A DNA stretch of 64,000 bases, taken from assembly GCA_016209385.1 (NCBI GenBank), contig JACQWB010000265.1, positions 13,977 through 77,976 of the forward strand, in the 5' to 3' direction. The stretch comes from Candidatus Rokuibacteriota bacterium (GTDB lineage: Bacteria > Methylomirabilota > Methylomirabilia > Rokubacteriales > CSP1-6). The notes under the pieces were generated by a model. It searched no databases. It had not been told where the DNA came from and saw only the letters and a list, made by a program, of their open reading frames with translations. Below, piece by piece: positions 51,249-61,138 of the stretch (the stretch's first letter is position 1; each line of letters opens with the position of its first letter). Both the position numbers and the translations under genes were made by a program.

Positions 51249-52484
51249 CTATCCTCCGATGGGGGCAGCCTGATGCGGGACCGCGGGCCGAGCCGCCTCG
51301 ACAAGCTCGCGGCAGACCTCTTCGACCCGGGCGAGCACAACATCGCTGGCGTACAGGCGCATGGCCCGTTCGCGCGCCGCTTGCCCCGTTCCCGTGGCCA
51401 GCCGCGGGGCGTCGAGGAGCCGGACCATGCTCTGGGCCAGCTCCTGCGTGTCGCCCGGACGGACGAGGAAGCCGGCGTTCCCGATCGCCTCGGGGACGCC
51501 GCCGATCCAGCTCGCGATCACGGGGAGGGCCGAGGCCATCGCCTCCAGCACCACATACGGGAGGCCCTCGATCCTCAGGCTGGGAAAGAGGAACGCATCA
51601 GCCGCCTGGTAGTACGTCGGCATTCGGGTCGGAGCGACCGCACCGACGAAGCGGACCCGCTCGTTCGCCCCCAACGCACGGGCCTGCTGCACCAGCGCGG
51701 GACGGTAGGGCCCATCCCCGACGATCAGGAGGAACGGATGACGAGCCTTTGAACAGCATTGGGCGAACGCTTCAAGGCCGACCTGCAGCCCCTTCTGCTT
51801 CGTCAATACCGACGCCATCAGGAAGACGAAGGCGTCCGACGGCATCTCGTGGGCGCTGCGCACCTCGCGCCGCAGTGAGGGATCGGGCCTGAACCGATCG
51901 ACGTCCACCCACGGGGGGAGCAGCCGGAGGGCTTCTTCGGGGACCCGGTACCAGCGCCGGATGAGCCCCATGACTCGCCGGTTGACAACGCCGAGCCTTC
52001 GGGCTCGCACGACAAGGGGACGCTCGCGGGCCAGCGCATAGTAGGTCAGCTCCGGAATTTTTATCGCGGGATACTTGAGGGCGCCCGTCGCTCCCTGGAT
52101 CTGCCTGAACTCGCTCACCAGGTGGTCCAGGGTGAAGCCATGGAGGATCGGCAAGTGGGGCACGTGTCGGAGATATCCGTCCGACGCGCCGGCAAGGTCT
52201 TCGCTGACGACCAGATCAAAGGGCTGCTCGGCTTCGAGCCGTTCGAGGGCAACCGCGCTTTCCCGCCACCAGGAGCGGCTGTAGACACCGCTCCGCGTCC
52301 CGGGGAGGAAGTGGATCTCGACGCCATCCCGGCAGACGACCGCGGGCTGCCCGGGCAGCGAGGTGGTCACGACCACGACCTCGTGGGCGCGCTCGCAAAG
52401 GCCACGCGCAAGCTCCTCGGCGTGGACCTGGAGCCCACCCAGGCCATGGGCCAGCGTCTGTTTCGTCAGGAGGGCGATCCGCAT
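51249..52484 (-). CDS. GT4 (group 1) glycosyltransferase
   Basis: MRIALLTKQTLAHGLGGLQVHAEELARGL...EGLPYVVLEAMASALPVIASWIGGVPEAI. Confidence 0.8.
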   Translation of the reverse strand: MRIALLTKQTLAHGLGGLQVHAEELARGLCERAHEVVVVTTSLPGQPAVVCRDGVEIHFLPGTRSGVYSRSWWRESAVALERLEAEQPFDLVVSEDLAGASDGYLRHVPHLPILHGFTLDHLVSEFRQIQGATGALKYPAIKIPELTYYALARERPLVVRARRLGVVNRRVMGLIRRWYRVPEEALRLLPPWVDVDRFRPDPSLRREVRSAHEMPSDAFVFLMASVLTKQKGLQVGLEAFAQCCSKARHPFLLIVGDGPYRPALVQQARALGANERVRFVGAVAPTRMPTYYQAADAFLFPSLRIEGLPYVVLEAMASALPVIASWIGGVPEAIGNAGFLVRPGDTQELAQSMVRLLDAPRLATGTGQAARERAMRLYASDVVLARVEEVCRELVEAARPAVPHQAAPIGG

Positions 52485-53350
52485 AGGGTGTAGTTCCGCT
52501 CGCGCCTGTTCCCCGGTTCGGCAAGCACGTGGGCGATGGAGACGTTCGGAGGCTCGTCCAGATACCGTGGCCGGTACCCGCTCCGCCTGAGCGTGGAGAG
52601 CGTGAGCTGGTTTTCCGAGGGATCGCCATCGAGCTCAACGACGACGAGCGGGCGGTCCTCGGCGAGAACCCGTCGCATGCCGGCCAGCACCGCCGCCTCC
52701 GCACCCTCCACGTCGATCTTGACGAACCCGACACGGGTCCCGGTCGCCTCCAGGTAGGCGTCGAGCGCGGTGGCCGGTACCTCGATGCCGTCTCCGGGGC
52801 CGTGAACGATGGAGGCGCTCCCCGTGAGCAGATGCTCGCGGCGCCGGTAGAGACGAAGCGTGCCCGTCCGGTCCGTGACCGCCATCTGCTCCAGGGTCAC
52901 ATTGGCGTACTGGTTGAGACGCACGTTCTCCCGCAGGATCACGAAATTCTCGGGGAGCGGCTCGAAGGCGATGACCCGACCCTGGGCGCCCACGAGCTTT
53001 GCCAGGAGCAGCGTGAAGTAGCCCACGTTGGCCCCGACATCCACCGCCAGCCACCCGGGACGGATAACGGCCTGTACCGCCTGGACCACCTCGCGCTCGT
53101 AGGTGCCGAAGGCGTAGCTCGCCTGCATCCGCCAGTTCACGCGCATCCGGTGCCCTTCGAGAGGGCGGGCGAGCGGGACGACGGTGAGCTGCACGGGCGC
53201 GACGAGGTCGAGGAGGCGACGCACGGCTGGCCTGAGGGGCGAGTGCCACAGCCTCTCCCGCCAGGACGCCGGCAGCTTGTCCGCCATTCGAATCAGACGA
53301 TCAATCGGCGCCATGCCAGTGTCCCGAAGCCTTTCCAGACCGCGCGCCAA
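52466..53350 (-). CDS. FkbM-family methyltransferase
   Basis: AVDVGANVGYFTLLLAKLVGAQGRVIAFEPLPENF...FVKIDVEGAEAAVLAGM is the FkbM signature. Confidence 0.75.
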   Translation of the reverse strand: MARGLERLRDTGMAPIDRLIRMADKLPASWRERLWHSPLRPAVRRLLDLVAPVQLTVVPLARPLEGHRMRVNWRMQASYAFGTYEREVVQAVQAVIRPGWLAVDVGANVGYFTLLLAKLVGAQGRVIAFEPLPENFVILRENVRLNQYANVTLEQMAVTDRTGTLRLYRRREHLLTGSASIVHGPGDGIEVPATALDAYLEATGTRVGFVKIDVEGAEAAVLAGMRRVLAEDRPLVVVELDGDPSENQLTLSTLRRSGYRPRYLDEPPNVSIAHVLAEPGNRRERNYTLCGSPS

Positions 53351-54119
53351 GCCGCCAGGCCCGCCTGAGGTAGAGGGCCAGCACTGCGCCCAGGTCGAGA
53401 GCGCTCACGGCGAAGCTCACCAGCAGAAACGCCTCCGCCTGGCCGGCGAGGACGGCCAGGAGCAGGACGACGTCGTGCCCCTGGAGATCCGTGAGGTTGT
53501 AGTAGAGGCGGTAGTACCAGCGGCCCGCGTGCCCTGTCGCGTGCCGTGCGCGCTTGTCCTCCTCCCACACCTCCCCGAAACAGAGGTGGAAGCTCTGGCG
53601 AATCTGAGGGACCAGCAACTTCAGGATCGTGGTCGCGGCCCCGACTGCCAGAATGAATTCCCCTTGGCCCGACCCGGCCGCCCGCGCGAGGCCGATGCCG
53701 AGGGCAAAGTAGGGAAGGACGAAGGCGGGGGCCGCCAGGCCGTCGAGGAAGCGACCCAACGCGTTCGACGTCCCCCGGAGCCGGGCCAGGGCGCCGTCCA
53801 CGCAGTCAAGGAGGCTGAAGAGGACGAGGAGGATGGACCCGGTCAGCAAGCCCGCGAACGACCCGTGAACCAGCAGGAGGAGGCTTGCCAGCGAAACCAG
53901 ATAGGACAGCAGTGTCAGCTCGTTCGCTGTGACCCGGGCGGGGAGGAGCCAGCACACGAAGAGCGAGGCGGGCCGATAGATGTAGGCAATCGACGGGTAA
54001 GTTCGGTCCCAGCGGCGCTTCTCGTCCGAGTAACTGGCCAGAATCGTCTCCCATCGGCTTCTCGCCTTCATCGCCACTCGCTCCCGCGGCGCGGGCAAAT
54101 GAATGACCGTCAGCGGCAT
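53301..54119 (-). CDS. CDP-alcohol phosphatidyltransferase-family membrane protein
   Basis: DCVDGALARLRGTSNALGRFLDGLAAPAF matches D-G-x2-A-R-x8-G-x3-D-x3-D. Multiple TM helices. Confidence 0.7.
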   Translation of the reverse strand: MPLTVIHLPAPRERVAMKARSRWETILASYSDEKRRWDRTYPSIAYIYRPASLFVCWLLPARVTANELTLLSYLVSLASLLLLVHGSFAGLLTGSILLVLFSLLDCVDGALARLRGTSNALGRFLDGLAAPAFVLPYFALGIGLARAAGSGQGEFILAVGAATTILKLLVPQIRQSFHLCFGEVWEEDKRARHATGHAGRWYYRLYYNLTDLQGHDVVLLLAVLAGQAEAFLLVSFAVSALDLGAVLALYLRRAWRLGARSGKASGHWHGAD

Positions 54120-55858
54120 GGTGCGTCCAACGAGGTATGGGGGTCCCGTGCCGGAACTGGCGGTGCCGAGGCGCGCGTTTCCTGGCGGTGCGAGGGATGG
54201 GCTGCGCCGTACTCATTTGCCCATGCCCGGCAGGTCCGCCGGTCGGCGCGGCGCTGGAGCAGCAGGAGCACCAAAAAGTACGGGAGCCCCGCGACAGCCA
54301 GAAGCCAGGCAAACCCGACCGGTATTCCGACGAGGCAGGCGAACACCAGGACCAGGGCGATGCTGGACATGCCGGCCACACGCCAGAGGCAGAGCGGAAG
54401 GGCCTGGAGCTCCCAGTACCTCCGCCGCCCGCTCAGGTCCACGGGGCCCAGCTCCACGAGCCGTGCCCGCCAGGGGTTCAGCCAGGTGAGCGCTTGGTGC
54501 ATGAGCCCGAGGCGAACCGCGTAGTAGCGGAACAAGAGCCCGATCAGGCGACCGCGCCAGCCTCGCCCGTGCTCGCCCGCTGACGCGACGATCCGCTCCC
54601 GACCCTCGCGGATCCCGCCACCGGCTCCCCGTTCCGCCACGCTCCGGTAGTCCTCGCTGTAGAAGTACTGGGAGGCCGTCAGGAGAAGGGCCGCCGCGAA
54701 GCTGACGGCGAGGAGTACCAGCCTGGCCGGCAAACCGAGGTCGCTCCGCCAGACCGCGAGACCAAGCGCAACGGAAACCAGGAGGAAGGTCAGGTCGTCA
54801 GACGTGTGATCCAAGACTTCTCCCCGGAGACTCGCGAGGCCTTTTGTGCGGGCAAGCTGGCCGTCGGCACAGTCCACGACGATGGCCAGCTGGAGAAGCA
54901 GGGCCCCCATGATGAGCGCGGGCCACCCCGCGAGGCTCAACAGGGTCGCCGCGGCCAGGCCGAGCAGGCAGGACACGGCGGTCAACTGGTTGGGGGTCAC
55001 CGTGGTCGGCCCGAGCCAGCGGACGATCCGATCAGCCGCCGGCCGGTTCAGGAAGCGGTCCGTGACGTCCTCGACCCGTTCCGGATATGGCCAACGCCCG
55101 CGCTCGACCACCGCCGCCGCGTGGACCACGAAGGGATCGACGAGGGGAGCCAGAAACGGGACCGCGCTCGCCCCCTGGGTGAGGCGGAGGGCCAGGCGGT
55201 AGCCGCCGAGCTTGGTCAGGACTTTGAACCCGACTGCAACCATCCGCTGGAGAGGGGTCAGCGCTGCCAGTGGCCTCAGGTTCAGGTGGAGCTGGACGGG
55301 AACCGCGCGTGCCTCGGGAAAGACCCGTCGGACATGATCGAGGAACGCGCCCGGCGTCTGGAAGTCATGGCCTGGCCAGTACCACCCCGACCGCCCGGCG
55401 GGCACAATCCTGCTAGTGACCAGGATGGTGGGCTGCCGCCCGTTCGCGCCGTCCACGATCCGCCTCAGCACACGCTGGCTATCCTCGGGCGCCAGCCAGT
55501 AGATCGCATCGAGCCAGCAGATCAGCTCGAAGCGCGTGAACCAGTCCGAGGGCAACTCCCGCACGTCGCCGGCCTGGAACGAGACGGTCGGGAGCTTCAG
55601 CCGCGCCCGCTCGATCACCCGGCTTGACAAATCAAGGCCGGTGACCTTTTCGGCGACCCGGCAGAGTCGGGCGGCGAAATCTCCCTCCCCGCAAGCCAGA
55701 TCCACCGCTGTCCTGACGGGCTCGCGCGGCAGGAGGCGCTCGAGTTCGGCGTACCGGACCCGCTTCTCCGGTATCGTCCGGGCGCCCCAGGGGTCCTCCT
55801 GCCTCCGGTAGAGGGCGTCCAGAGCTTCCTGTGTGCTGGGGAGGGGATCGGCGGTCAT
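54110..55858 (-). CDS. Fusion of a class I SAM methyltransferase (N-terminus) with a CDP-alcohol phosphatidyltransferase (C-terminus)
   Basis: N-terminal VDLACGEGDFAARLCR...ICWLDAIYWL. C-terminal DCADGQLARTKGLASLRGEVLDHTSDDL. Start at the ATG giving MTADPLPST; the track ORF is extended to 55957. Confidence 0.7.
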   Translation of the reverse strand: MTADPLPSTQEALDALYRRQEDPWGARTIPEKRVRYAELERLLPREPVRTAVDLACGEGDFAARLCRVAEKVTGLDLSSRVIERARLKLPTVSFQAGDVRELPSDWFTRFELICWLDAIYWLAPEDSQRVLRRIVDGANGRQPTILVTSRIVPAGRSGWYWPGHDFQTPGAFLDHVRRVFPEARAVPVQLHLNLRPLAALTPLQRMVAVGFKVLTKLGGYRLALRLTQGASAVPFLAPLVDPFVVHAAAVVERGRWPYPERVEDVTDRFLNRPAADRIVRWLGPTTVTPNQLTAVSCLLGLAAATLLSLAGWPALIMGALLLQLAIVVDCADGQLARTKGLASLRGEVLDHTSDDLTFLLVSVALGLAVWRSDLGLPARLVLLAVSFAAALLLTASQYFYSEDYRSVAERGAGGGIREGRERIVASAGEHGRGWRGRLIGLLFRYYAVRLGLMHQALTWLNPWRARLVELGPVDLSGRRRYWELQALPLCLWRVAGMSSIALVLVFACLVGIPVGFAWLLAVAGLPYFLVLLLLQRRADRRTCRAWANEYGAAHPSHRQETRASAPPVPARDPHTSLDAPCR

Positions 55859-57033
55859 CGCCTCCCCCAGTTCCGGATCGCCTCCAGGAAGAGCCCCTCC
55901 ATTCGCTCGGCCACATGGGCCCACGAGTAGCGGGCTTCCACGAAGCGCCGGCCCCATGTTCCGAGCGCGTACCGCTTGGCCTGGTCCGCCAGAAGCTCCG
56001 ACACCGCATCGGCCAGGGCATGGGGATCGTCCGGTGGAACCGCCATGGCCGCCCGGCTCTCCCGAATCAGCTCGGCGAGGTCAGGGAGGTCGCTGGCCAC
56101 CACCGGCCGCGCGCAGGCCCAGTAGTCGAAGAGCTTCAACGGCGAGGTGGGCCCGCGGCGCGCGACCATCGGGGCCAGGGCCACGTCCATGGCATTGATG
56201 CAGAGGGGCACCTGCCGGTAAGGCACCTGCCCGGTGAAGCGAAACGCCGCGCTCAGCCCCTTCGCCCGCACCATGCCTTCCCAGGCCGGGCGCATCTCGC
56301 CATCGCCCACGAGGAGGAAGAGCGCGCGGGGGCAGCGCTCCAGGATGGAGGGCGCGGCTTCGATCAGGGTCTGGAGACCCTGGTAGCCGAAAAACGTTCC
56401 CGCGAACCCCACCGTCGGACGGTCAGGCTCGAGACCGATCCGCTCGCGGGCCAGCGCGGGAGGGACGGGTCGCATCTGCTCCAGGTTCGCGCCGTTCGGC
56501 AGGACCCTGATCTTTTCCGCCGGGAGCCCGTACCGGTTCCTCAGGACACGGCCGAGCTCCTCGGAGACGGCCGCGACGAAGTCCGCTCTGGGGAGGATTG
56601 ACCGGTAGAACGCCCTGGCCCATGCCGCCCTGACCCGGTGGCCGCCGAGCTCCGCGTGATGCGCGGAATCGCCGTTCAGCTCGAAGATGAGCGGGCGCCG
56701 GAGGAGCCGGGCGAGGAGCAACGGAGCGGGCGAGAGACCGCCGGTGACGTAAATGAGATCCGGGCGGGCCGCGCGCGCGGTCCAGAGTGCGCTCACGAGG
56801 AAGAGAAGCTGGACGAGGAGCGGCCGAAGCCCGGGCAGATCGAGGAACGGAAGCCGCACCACCTCAGCGCTGGTCTCCTCCGGTGTCCGCGTAAGCCTCG
56901 GGCAGAAGACGATGACCCGGTGCCCCCGCCGCCCCAGAGCTTCTGCCTTTTCCCAGGTCGCCCGAAAGCCGCCCATGTCGCACCGGACGCGCCGATCGTA
57001 CTGATAGGAGAGCCAGAAGATCGTGAGCCTCAT
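55855..57033 (-). CDS. GT4 (group 1) glycosyltransferase
   Basis: MRLTIFWLSYQYD...GHRVIVFCP...a C-terminal GT-B motif. ATGA overlap with the upstream gene. Confidence 0.8.
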   Translation of the reverse strand: MRLTIFWLSYQYDRRVRCDMGGFRATWEKAEALGRRGHRVIVFCPRLTRTPEETSAEVVRLPFLDLPGLRPLLVQLLFLVSALWTARAARPDLIYVTGGLSPAPLLLARLLRRPLIFELNGDSAHHAELGGHRVRAAWARAFYRSILPRADFVAAVSEELGRVLRNRYGLPAEKIRVLPNGANLEQMRPVPPALARERIGLEPDRPTVGFAGTFFGYQGLQTLIEAAPSILERCPRALFLLVGDGEMRPAWEGMVRAKGLSAAFRFTGQVPYRQVPLCINAMDVALAPMVARRGPTSPLKLFDYWACARPVVASDLPDLAELIRESRAAMAVPPDDPHALADAVSELLADQAKRYALGTWGRRFVEARYSWAHVAERMEGLFLEAIRNWGRR

Positions 57034-58433
57034 CGGACCTGTCTCCGGACCTCTGGCCTCGACGCCGGCGCGGGAGGCAGACGCTCCACCTCCGGGATCA
57101 TCACGACCATCCCGGCCAGAAACCAGAACGGCTCCATGATCCGCACGATGATGAACGTGTTCGCGCCGATGGAGTGAGCAACCAGGGCGACGAGACCGGC
57201 CAGGAAGCCCAGGGCCACGCCCTTGAACAGCGGGTCCCGGGTCGTCTTGAGGATGGAGCGGGTCTGGCGGAGCAGGCTGAACTGAAGCCAGAGGAAGGCT
57301 GACAGCCCGACGAGGCCGGTCTCCACGAGGACCCGGGGATACTGGGCGTCGATGAAGCGGTAGCCGGTGACGCCGTAGCCGAACAGGGGATGGGCGGTCC
57401 AGTCCTCGAAGAACGCCTGGCGCCAGTCCCTCAGCCGGGCCGACGTGGAGGTGTCGAGGCGGACCTCGCCGAGCTGGACCTGCTCCGAGTGGAACGGCTG
57501 GGTGATGGTGTAGAGGACGCGGTCGACCACCGCCTTCGGGGTCACGACCGGCAACAGCGCCAGCGCGAGCGCGAAGAGCGCGGCCAGGAAGCGCTTTCGC
57601 TCGCTCCAGGCAAACAGCGCGCCGGCCAATGCGATCAGGGCGAGATAGGAGGCCCGCGAGAGGGTGAAGAGCAGCGGGAGGAGGATCAGGGCAGCCGAGC
57701 CGGCGAGCAGGACCTTCCTCCGGAGAGAGTCGCTCGTGAGGTAGAGCCCCGCGACGACAGCGAGCATCAGGACTAGATATCCGCCGAACGTGTTCGGCTC
57801 GCCCCTCGATCCCTCGAAGGGCGCGGAGACCCGGCCGCCCGACGGGATCTGGAGGATGCCGATCAGGGCTGACACGGCGGCCGTGGACAGGAGGGCGACG
57901 AGAAAGCGCTCGTACTGTCTCCGCTCGCGGAGGTTGTTGACCACCATGAAATAGATCACGACGTACTGGACGTACTTCAGGACGAAGAGGGCGCCCGCCA
58001 GGATCTTCACCTGCCCCAGGATCATCCCCAGGCCTGTCGCGAAGAAGGCGGCGAACGTGTACGCGGCGATCTGCCGGTTGAGCGGCGTCCTGAAGAGGAG
58101 GCCGAGCTCCTTGTACAGCGCCGTCTTCCCGAGCCAGGCCAGGCCGACGACGGCGAGGAGGAGGTCGTCCAGGCGAAAGGTGAGGCCCCGTCCCAGCCCC
58201 GCCTCCGCGCCGAGCTCGCCCAGGATCACCTCCGGGCCGAGCAGCATGGAGAAGATCAGGAGATAGAGGGCCAGCTCGTTGCTGGCGGCGGCGATGATCA
58301 GGACCGCGAGGCTGAGCCCGACCCCCAAAGCGGCGGGCACGGACAGCTTGGCCAGGACAGCGCTCATCAGGACGGCGAGGGAGACGGCGGCGAGCAGCGA
58401 CCCCGCCGTTGCGGTCTCCGCCTGCATCCGCAT
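57030..58433 (-). CDS. O-antigen ligase/polymerase-family (Wzy/WaaL-like) membrane protein
   Basis: Ten or more TM helices, with a large periplasmic loop near aa 300-360. It sits between the BY-kinase and a GT4, as in EPS loci. Confidence 0.65.
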   Translation of the reverse strand: MRMQAETATAGSLLAAVSLAVLMSAVLAKLSVPAALGVGLSLAVLIIAAASNELALYLLIFSMLLGPEVILGELGAEAGLGRGLTFRLDDLLLAVVGLAWLGKTALYKELGLLFRTPLNRQIAAYTFAAFFATGLGMILGQVKILAGALFVLKYVQYVVIYFMVVNNLRERRQYERFLVALLSTAAVSALIGILQIPSGGRVSAPFEGSRGEPNTFGGYLVLMLAVVAGLYLTSDSLRRKVLLAGSAALILLPLLFTLSRASYLALIALAGALFAWSERKRFLAALFALALALLPVVTPKAVVDRVLYTITQPFHSEQVQLGEVRLDTSTSARLRDWRQAFFEDWTAHPLFGYGVTGYRFIDAQYPRVLVETGLVGLSAFLWLQFSLLRQTRSILKTTRDPLFKGVALGFLAGLVALVAHSIGANTFIIVRIMEPFWFLAGMVVMIPEVERLPPAPASRPEVRRQVR

Positions 58434-58434
58434 G

Positions 58435-61131
58435 TCAGCGCCCCGAGGCTCGGCTAACGACCCGGAATCCCTCGACCTCCCCGTCCAGGATCAGATCCCA
58501 CCCGAACACCTCGGCTTCTCCACGAGTGTGAAACGCGCCGACCAGGACCCGCCACCAGCGGTCATCGCCCAAGGTCCGCACCTCGCTGACGGCCGCCCGC
58601 AGGCCCTCAGCCCGGTATCGGGCGACGTGCCGGTCGGCGTTTGCCCTTGTCCGGAAGACGCCAACCTGGACTGCGTAGGTGGGTCGCTCTGGCCCCTTGG
58701 GCCTCTCGGGGTCATCGGATCTGCGGAGGTCCGGGGATGGCTCGGCCTGAGCCGGGACCTCCACGCGTGCGCGCGCGACGGGCACCGGAGGGGCGGTACC
58801 CGGGCTGGCCGAGTCCGCCAGCTCCCTCGAGTCGGGAAAGAGGTCGAACTCGCCGGCCCACCAGGCCCAAACCCCCGCCGTAAGGGCCAGGAGAAACAGC
58901 GGCGCCAGCACCACCGCTCCCACGACACTCTTGCGGTGCGAGGCCAAAAGACTCGCCCAGCCCGTGGCAGGGGCGGGTCGCCGGCTCCTATCGCCGTACC
59001 GGTAGCGGTAGTAGGCCATCTCGGCATAGTCCGGGCTGACCTCCGCCCTCACCCCGGTCAGGCACACGCCGACGATGCGAGCCCGCGCCGCCTGCAGCAG
59101 GGTCTTCGCCCGTCTGAGGGCGGCTCGGGCGGCGCTTCCGACGCGAACGACAACGAGCGTCCCGTCGACGCGCGAGCCGAGGATCGCGGGATCAGCGACC
59201 GGCAGGACCGGCGCACAGTCGAGCACGACGTAGTCGTACCGCTGGCGGACCTCGTCCAGGAGGTTTGTCACTCCTTCGGTGCTCAAGAACTCCGTGGGGT
59301 TCGGGGGCTGGCGGCCGCTCGGGAGCAGGAAGAGGTTGTCGATGCCCCGCCGGTCGACGAGGCCCTCCACGCCCGCAACCCCGAGGACGAAGTCGGGGAA
59401 GCCCCGGATCGCCTCCTCGAGCCGGGCGTTGCCGACCAGCACCTCCGTCAGCCCGGGGTCCTTCGGGATCCCGAAGGCGTGGTGGAGGAACGGGTTCCGA
59501 AGATCGGCCTCCACGAGGAGGGTCCGTTTGCCGAGTTGGCTCAGGGCGATCGCCAGGTTGATAGCGACCGTGGTCTTGCCCTCCATCTGGGTCGAGCTCG
59601 TCACCATGATGGTTTTGGAGCCGCCCTCGAGCCCCGAAAAGAGGAGGTTGGTCCGAAGGCCCCGGAAGGCCTCGGCGATCCGGGATGCCGGAAGGAAGAG
59701 GCTGATCAAGAACCCGTAGCGTTCCTCGGTCGCCTTGTCGAGGACCACCGCCTCACCCTTTTCCTCGGACAGCGCCGCCCGGACGTCGAGATGGGGGATC
59801 ACGCCGAGCACGGACGTCTCCAGGAGCGACTCCACCTCGTCGATGGCGCCGATCGAAGTGTCGAGCGTCTCGACGACGAAGGCGAGAACGAACCCGACGA
59901 CGATGCCAATGACGAGCCCGACGGCGGCTTTCGGCACCGCCTGCGGTGCGTTGATCGGGCGAAGCGGCCCCACCGCCGGCCTGACGAGGCTCACCTCCCC
60001 GACCTGCTCCTTCTCTTTGATCAGGGTCTCCTGATGCTTCTCCTTCAGGAGCGAAAAGATGCGCTCGCTGACCTTCACCTCCCGCTCCATCCGGGCGATC
60101 TCGAGGGCCGCCTCGGGAATGGTGGCCTGCTGCTGCTTCAGGCGGCCGATGCTCCGCCCCAGCTCGTCCGCCCGGGCCTGCAACGCCTGGACCCTGCCGG
60201 TCAAGGCTTCCCGCAGCTTCTCACGGACATTGGCGATCCGGGCGTCGAGCTGTTTCACCTGGGGATGGGCGGGGAGGAAGGAGAGCAGCAGGTTTTCCCG
60301 CTCGAGCGTGAGGTCGGACAGGGACGCGTAGAGCTTGGCCTGGGCCGGGTCGGCGGCGTCGGGCGAGAGCTCCGTCGGGCGCGCCGGCGACTTCCCGTCT
60401 CCGAGCAGCCTGACCTGCGCCTCCGTTTCGCCCACGGCCCGCCTGACCCTCGCGTAGTCCACCTCGAGGCCAGCGAGGCGGTTCAGGATCCCTTTGGTCT
60501 CTTCCGGCAGCAGGAGGATCGCGTTGGCCTCCTGATACGCTTTCAGCCCGTCCTCGGACTGCCGGAGCTTTGCGCCGACCCCCTCGAGCTGCTTCTCGAT
60601 GAACTCCCGCGCCTCCCGGACCTGCCGGTTGCGCGTCGCGTAGTTGTCCTCGCGGAACGCCTCGGCCAGGCTGTTGGCGATCCGCACCGCGTCGTCGGGA
60701 TCGGGGGCGGTCGCGCTGATCTCGATGAGGTTGGTGGCCTCGACCCGTTTCACCTCCACCTGGTCCTGGAGGTCCTGGAGCACCTGGAGATAGGCGGGCG
60801 TCGCCTGGATCCGTTCCGCAGTGGCGTCCCCAGGGATGAGCCCCAGTTTCTTGGCGGCCGCGCTCATGACCGGGAAGCCCTTGATCAGGGCGGCCTGGGT
60901 GCCCAGGTTCCCATCCGGGTTGTACGCGACGAGCTCCTGGAGGAGCCCGGTGACGCTGAGAGCCCGCTCCACCCGCACGACCGCCGTCGCTCGATAGAGG
61001 GGCGTGGGGGCCTGGAGGAACGCCAGCGTGAAGGAGAAGACGCCGAAGAGGAGCGGGACGAGGATGACGATCCCCCGCCGGCGGCGGAGGATCCTGAAAT
61101 AATCTCTGAGGTTGATGTCGTACTGGGCCAT
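58435..61131 (-). CDS. Wzc-like polysaccharide co-polymerase / BY tyrosine autokinase with a C-terminal SPOR-like extension
   Basis: MAQYDINLRDYFRILRRRRGIVIL is a typical Wzc N-terminus, followed by a long periplasmic coiled coil. Walker A SSTQMEGKTTVAINLAIALSQ. Walker A' VEADLRNP. Walker B VVLDCAPVLPVAD. The final ~80 aa (PTYAVQVGVFRTRANADRHVARYRAEGLRAAVSEV...WWRVLVGAF) are SPOR-like. Confidence 0.8.
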   Translation of the reverse strand: MAQYDINLRDYFRILRRRRGIVILVPLLFGVFSFTLAFLQAPTPLYRATAVVRVERALSVTGLLQELVAYNPDGNLGTQAALIKGFPVMSAAAKKLGLIPGDATAERIQATPAYLQVLQDLQDQVEVKRVEATNLIEISATAPDPDDAVRIANSLAEAFREDNYATRNRQVREAREFIEKQLEGVGAKLRQSEDGLKAYQEANAILLLPEETKGILNRLAGLEVDYARVRRAVGETEAQVRLLGDGKSPARPTELSPDAADPAQAKLYASLSDLTLERENLLLSFLPAHPQVKQLDARIANVREKLREALTGRVQALQARADELGRSIGRLKQQQATIPEAALEIARMEREVKVSERIFSLLKEKHQETLIKEKEQVGEVSLVRPAVGPLRPINAPQAVPKAAVGLVIGIVVGFVLAFVVETLDTSIGAIDEVESLLETSVLGVIPHLDVRAALSEEKGEAVVLDKATEERYGFLISLFLPASRIAEAFRGLRTNLLFSGLEGGSKTIMVTSSTQMEGKTTVAINLAIALSQLGKRTLLVEADLRNPFLHHAFGIPKDPGLTEVLVGNARLEEAIRGFPDFVLGVAGVEGLVDRRGIDNLFLLPSGRQPPNPTEFLSTEGVTNLLDEVRQRYDYVVLDCAPVLPVADPAILGSRVDGTLVVVRVGSAARAALRRAKTLLQAARARIVGVCLTGVRAEVSPDYAEMAYYRYRYGDRSRRPAPATGWASLLASHRKSVVGAVVLAPLFLLALTAGVWAWWAGEFDLFPDSRELADSASPGTAPPVPVARARVEVPAQAEPSPDLRRSDDPERPKGPERPTYAVQVGVFRTRANADRHVARYRAEGLRAAVSEVRTLGDDRWWRVLVGAFHTRGEAEVFGWDLILDGEVEGFRVVSRASGR

Positions 61132-61138
61132 GCGCCCC

